A stretch of DNA of 64,000 nucleotides from Acidiferrobacterales bacterium (lineage in GTDB: Bacteria; Pseudomonadota; Gammaproteobacteria; Acidiferrobacterales; JAJDNE01), in assembly GCA_048060695.1 (NCBI GenBank), contig JBGMQT010000001.1, forward strand, positions 29,545 through 93,544, read 5' to 3'. Positions 60,072 to 64,000 of the stretch are shown in pieces (position 1 is the stretch's first letter; each line of letters opens with the position of its first letter). The translations under genes and the position numbers were made by a program. The notes under the pieces were generated by a model. It did not search any database and was not told the DNA's origin. It was given only the letters and a program-made list of their open reading frames with translations.

Positions 60072-62571
60072 GCCTGATTGCCGTAACCGGTTCCAGATGC
60101 GCCGCACGGGTGGCAGGATAAATTGCCGTTACTGCGCCGGTGGCAAACAGGGCAATAGCTGCCCACCACAAACTTCCGACAATGAGTATCGGTTTAAGGA
60201 TGGGCGTCATGCCCGGTATCGCCTCGGTCGCCTGCATTAAACTGGTAAGATCTATACCCACATTGTGATAGTAGGCCGTCACAGCAATACCGAGAATGGT
60301 ACCTGCAACAATACCGATTGCCGACAATGCCAACGATTCATAAATGACAATACGCAATACCTGTCCGGGTTCTGTCCCCAGCGCCATCATGACACCAAAC
60401 TCGCGAGTGCGTTCAAGCACCGACATCAACAAAGTGTTCATTATTCCCATGGCAATCACGAACAGCACAATGGCCAGTATGATATAGAAGAACACATCAC
60501 TGAATTCGATCATTTGTACTACGACGGGCATCAGCGTTTCCCATGGCAAGGCTTCGAGCCCATTGTTGCCCATACTGCTGTTCAAACTATCTGCAAACAC
60601 CCGGCTATCCCGGCGATCTTTTAGCGATATCGCAATGGTGGAAATGCTGTTGTCCAGACCCAGCAAGTCCTGTCCCGCCGAAAGCGGAATCAGGCCCATC
60701 AGGCCATCAAAAAATTCATTGCCCGTTTCAAATATGCCCGCGACACGATATGCGGCAGAACCAAGATCGCCGCCCACCTGTTGAGCGGTAACAACAACTT
60801 TCTCGCCAATACGGACACCAAGTTTTTTCGCCACCTTTTTCCCAAGGACGATACTGTTTCTCTCGCTGGCCGCAAGATAACTGCCCTTGATAATTACTTT
60901 TTGCAACTGTGTTATCCGCTGCTCCCTCAGTGCATCGACCCCCAATATCAGCAAGGGTTCCGATGCCATCGGGCTGCTGACCATAGCGCGAGCCTGTACC
61001 CGGGGAGACGCCTCCAGGACACGCGGGTCCTGCTTCACCTTCTGTAAAATCTGCTTATACCCGTCGATTCGCAGACCCGGCTCCATGTCCAGACGGAAAT
61101 CCTGGCGCTCTATTTGTACATGAGCGCTGAAATATCGGGTCGAATTATCCACCAATTGCTCATACCAGCCTTCTATCAGTGCATACAAAACAATAAAAGC
61201 GGCCAACCCAAACGCCGTGGCACCGGCAGTCAACAAGGCACGACGCGGGTTGCGCGCAATACCACGACTGGCGATAGCCCAGAATACGGCGCGAGTGCGT
61301 CGCTGCGTTTTATGCTCACGTGCGGTGTGCTTACGCGCTTTTTTCGTACGTACTCCGCGAATGGCCTCGACCGGCTCAATGCTTGCCGCGCGCCAGGCCG
61401 GATAAAGCGCCGGTACTACGCTGATAAAGAAGACGATAGCTGACAGCTCCGCAATATGATCCCAACGTGAAACCGGATAGACTATCGCGGAAAGACCCGG
61501 CATGCTTTCAAGCGCCGCGGTAAACTGCTCGAGATTTAGCCCGGTACTGGCGAAATAGTAGTTGATACCAAGCCCAACAATATTGCCGACGATTATTCCT
61601 GCAATACCGAGCAGCATCGACTCCAGTATCACCAACCCGACAATCTGCGGACGTGACGTTCCCAGTGCCATCATGACGCCAAACTCACGGGTGCGTTCCA
61701 TCACCGCCATTAAAATGGTATTGGCGATCCCTACCGCTACCACTACAAACATAATACCCAGAATGATATAAGTCATGGCCTCGTGGAACTGTACCGCTTG
61801 CACCACTGATGGCAGTAACTTGCGCCAACCGAGTACTTCGTAGTCTGGCCCCAGTTTGTTTGAAAGTTCTTTTGCTACCTGGTCTGATTGTTGTCGCTGG
61901 TTCAGCCGTATTGCCCATGCTGTTGCCCGCCCCCACATGGCGTACAGATCACGCGCGGCTTCCAGGGTAAGAAAGGTATAATTGGTATCGATAGCTTCAA
62001 TTCCGGTATTGAAAATACCAACAATGCGATAACGTCCTGCGCCAATCGATCCGTCAGCCGCCTGAGTTATCAGCACGGTCTCTTCACCTGGTTTAGCACC
62101 GAGTATCTGTGCCATTTTATCGCCGATCAATATTCCATCTTTATCCTCCGGACGCAGATAGCGGCCTTCAACAATAGTCTTGTCAATCGTGGTAATTTTG
62201 ACTTCGTTCTCGGGTTCGATGCCAACCACCATAACACCACGACTCTTGGTCGCGCCGCTTAGCATGGCCTTTCCTTCCAGCCGTGCGGACAACGCTTTGA
62301 CATTATTTTTTTTCAGAATATCTGCCCGAATTGCCGGGTCATCGGCGATGGCACGATGCAATTTCTTGTCATCGTGATAATTCTTCCCATGTACTTTTAA
62401 GTGGCCCGTCAAATAACTCGTGCTGTTTTCGATCATCTGCTCGTTCATTCCATCGATGAGCCCCCACAGAAACACCAACGACGCCAATCCAACGGTAATC
62501 GCGACTATGGTAATCAGGGAGCGCCTGACGTTACGGAGCACGTTCCGCAAGGCCAGACGTACAAGTTTCAT
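60064..62571 (-). CDS. Fused double LolC/E-like (FtsX/MacB-type) ABC permease
   Basis: 835 aa, two tandem modules. Each has TM1, a periplasmic domain, and a 3-TM FtsX block ('ERTREFGVMMALGT' appears twice). ATGA overlap with the ATPase gene. Confidence 0.8.
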   Translation of the reverse strand: MKLVRLALRNVLRNVRRSLITIVAITVGLASLVFLWGLIDGMNEQMIENSTSYLTGHLKVHGKNYHDDKKLHRAIADDPAIRADILKKNNVKALSARLEGKAMLSGATKSRGVMVVGIEPENEVKITTIDKTIVEGRYLRPEDKDGILIGDKMAQILGAKPGEETVLITQAADGSIGAGRYRIVGIFNTGIEAIDTNYTFLTLEAARDLYAMWGRATAWAIRLNQRQQSDQVAKELSNKLGPDYEVLGWRKLLPSVVQAVQFHEAMTYIILGIMFVVVAVGIANTILMAVMERTREFGVMMALGTSRPQIVGLVILESMLLGIAGIIVGNIVGLGINYYFASTGLNLEQFTAALESMPGLSAIVYPVSRWDHIAELSAIVFFISVVPALYPAWRAASIEPVEAIRGVRTKKARKHTAREHKTQRRTRAVFWAIASRGIARNPRRALLTAGATAFGLAAFIVLYALIEGWYEQLVDNSTRYFSAHVQIERQDFRLDMEPGLRIDGYKQILQKVKQDPRVLEASPRVQARAMVSSPMASEPLLILGVDALREQRITQLQKVIIKGSYLAASERNSIVLGKKVAKKLGVRIGEKVVVTAQQVGGDLGSAAYRVAGIFETGNEFFDGLMGLIPLSAGQDLLGLDNSISTIAISLKDRRDSRVFADSLNSSMGNNGLEALPWETLMPVVVQMIEFSDVFFYIILAIVLFVIAMGIMNTLLMSVLERTREFGVMMALGTEPGQVLRIVIYESLALSAIGIVAGTILGIAVTAYYHNVGIDLTSLMQATEAIPGMTPILKPILIVGSLWWAAIALFATGAVTAIYPATRAAHLEPVTAIRHV

Positions 62572-63266
62572 TTTTTGGCTCCTTTTTGCACACGGTCATC
62601 GACAATTTTTCCATCACGCAAGGTCACGATGCGTCGGGCGCGTTCCATCACCATGGGATCATGGGTGGAAAAGATGAAAGTGGTTTTGTGGCGCTCATTG
62701 AGGTCGCGCATCAAGTCCAGCAAGGCGGCACCGGTACGGGAATCGAGATTGGCTGTAGGTTCATCCGCCAGCACAATGGCGGGTTGTGACACAATAGCGC
62801 GGGCGACGGCGACCCGCTGTTGCTGTCCACCGGATAATTGTGTTGGTCGCCGGTGTACATACTGCTCGAGACCCACTTCACTCAATACACTTTCGGCACG
62901 CTCGCGCCGCTCCGGATCTGGTATACCCTGTAACAACATGACATATTCAACATTCTCGACGGCACTCAGCACCGGTATTAAATTGTATTCCTGGAAAATG
63001 AAGCCAATTTCCCGTAGTCGCAGGCGGGACAGTTGGCTCTTGGGCAGGCGACCAATTTCCTGATCGCGAATCCACACTTGTCCCTTGGTAGGTGCGTCCA
63101 ACCCGCCAATAATATTCAGCAGCGTGGTTTTGCCGGATCCCGAGGGCCCCACCAGGGACATAAACTCACCGCCGTCCACACCCAAATCCACGCCATCCAG
63201 CGCATCAACAGCGATGCTGTTCTGCTGGTACCGCTTGCTGACCTGTTTAACTTTTACCAGTGCCAT
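62568..63266 (-). CDS. ABC transporter ATP-binding protein (LolD/MacB-NBD-like)
   Basis: Walker A 'GPSGSGKTT', signature '[14 protein letters not shown]', Walker B 'VLADEPTANLD'. Confidence 0.9.
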   Translation of the reverse strand: MALVKVKQVSKRYQQNSIAVDALDGVDLGVDGGEFMSLVGPSGSGKTTLLNIIGGLDAPTKGQVWIRDQEIGRLPKSQLSRLRLREIGFIFQEYNLIPVLSAVENVEYVMLLQGIPDPERRERAESVLSEVGLEQYVHRRPTQLSGGQQQRVAVARAIVSQPAIVLADEPTANLDSRTGAALLDLMRDLNERHKTTFIFSTHDPMVMERARRIVTLRDGKIVDDRVQKGAKK

Positions 63267-63278
63267 GACATTCCTCCT

Positions 63279-64000
63279 TTAGCGCCGGCGGCGCAGGTTG
63301 CGGAGCGAAAAGATTGAATCTTTTATCGGTTTGTCGAAAACCACGTCGACTACGCGTATGCGGGTGAAATTCCCGGGTTTCTTTGTAGGGCGCATTTCCC
63401 ATTGCGAGGGTAGTTCCCGGTCGCCGAACTTGCGGATATCGGAGAAAGTCAGGACCTTGATTGTTTGGCCGCGCTCGTCAATGTACTCCTGGCGCATTGG
63501 CATAGAATCCGACTTGCGCACCACATAGACAATACTGCCCCAGACCACGGCCGCTTTGGGTTTTGGAGTGGAGACAATTCGATAGACTTCGGTGCCTTTG
63601 TAATTCTCGGTGCCAACGATTTTGTGTGTATAGTCGGTAATCATGCTGCTTTCCTTCACCAGGTCATCATTGGAAAAATCGGAACCCATCCAGGGTTGCA
63701 ACATCATGGAGGGCGGGATTTTTATAACCCGTTCAACTTTTGGCAGGAAATTCCACATCTCGCTCTTGATTCGTAGCGAGCCGATGCCGGCTTCCTTGGC
63801 CGGCGACAGGATACGGACGAAGCTTTTATCGGGACGTCGCATCCACATACGTAACATGAGGGTACGTTTCCAGTAGGGTGTGGTAATGGTCATCTCATAC
63901 CGGCCGTTTACGGTGCTGCCCCACAGACGCTTTTCCACACTGGAGACAATATCTCTACCGCTCACATCTGTTGCGGCGTCACTGCGCGCCGGTAACGTTG
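63279..64000 (-). CDS. LolA-like 'outer membrane lipoprotein-sorting' family protein (5' end outside the window)
   Basis: 'WNFLPKVERVIKIPPSMMLQPWMGSDFSNDDL' is typical of LolA_like proteins. The reading frame stays open upstream of 63965 to the window edge and no signal peptide has appeared yet. Confidence 0.65.
   Translation of the reverse strand, partial: TLPARSDAATDVSGRDIVSSVEKRLWGSTVNGRYEMTITTPYWKRTLMLRMWMRRPDKSFVRILSPAKEAGIGSLRIKSEMWNFLPKVERVIKIPPSMMLQPWMGSDFSNDDLVKESSMITDYTHKIVGTENYKGTEVYRIVSTPKPKAAVVWGSIVYVVRKSDSMPMRQEYIDERGQTIKVLTFSDIRKFGDRELPSQWEMRPTKKPGNFTRIRVVDVVFDKPIKDSIFSLRNLRRRR

Noticed and set aside
62401-63063. 220-aa ORF antisense to the ABC ATPase, and similarly 39781-40395 antisense to cusB
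   Set aside because: Both are shadow ORFs opposite well-supported genes and their translations are low-complexity.

Overview
The window looks like a gammaproteobacterial chromosome segment in two parts. Positions 1 to about 32.7 kb are a conserved housekeeping block. Its gene order matches the block I recall from Pseudomonas and E. coli: lolC-lolD, DUF2062, comEC, exbB/exbD-like, msbA-lpxK-ycaR-kdsB, LMW-PTP, rne divergent from rluC, HAD, Rieske, sppA, maf, then yceD-rpmF-plsX-fabH-fabD-fabG-acpP-fabF-pabB-pabC-mltG-tmk-holB-pilZ-tatD. A two-subunit pyruvate carboxylase (pycAB) sits between maf and yceD. After a small accessory patch and a sharply AT-rich junction (34.8-35.1 kb), the rest is a heavy-metal accessory region. 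No integrase, transposase or tRNA is visible in it. It holds an 11-gene co-oriented minus-strand string: an uncharacterised six-gene operon (OM barrel, CPFC-type HMA protein, MerT-like membrane protein, thioredoxin-like protein, fused double CcdA/DsbD-like protein, CueR-like regulator), then a Cys-rich secreted protein, cusCBA-like genes and a multicopper oxidase. Next come a broad-spectrum mer operon (merR-merT-merP-merB-merA) with a recognisable mer operator, and a pair made of a CxxCH membrane protein and a His-rich periplasmic protein. After those are a second HME-RND efflux operon and a paralogous Lol-like ABC system (LolA-like carrier, ATPase, fused double-FtsX permease, OM barrel) that runs off the window end. 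No rRNA, tRNA or CRISPR array was recognised. All family assignments come from motifs read in the translations and from synteny, not from database searches.
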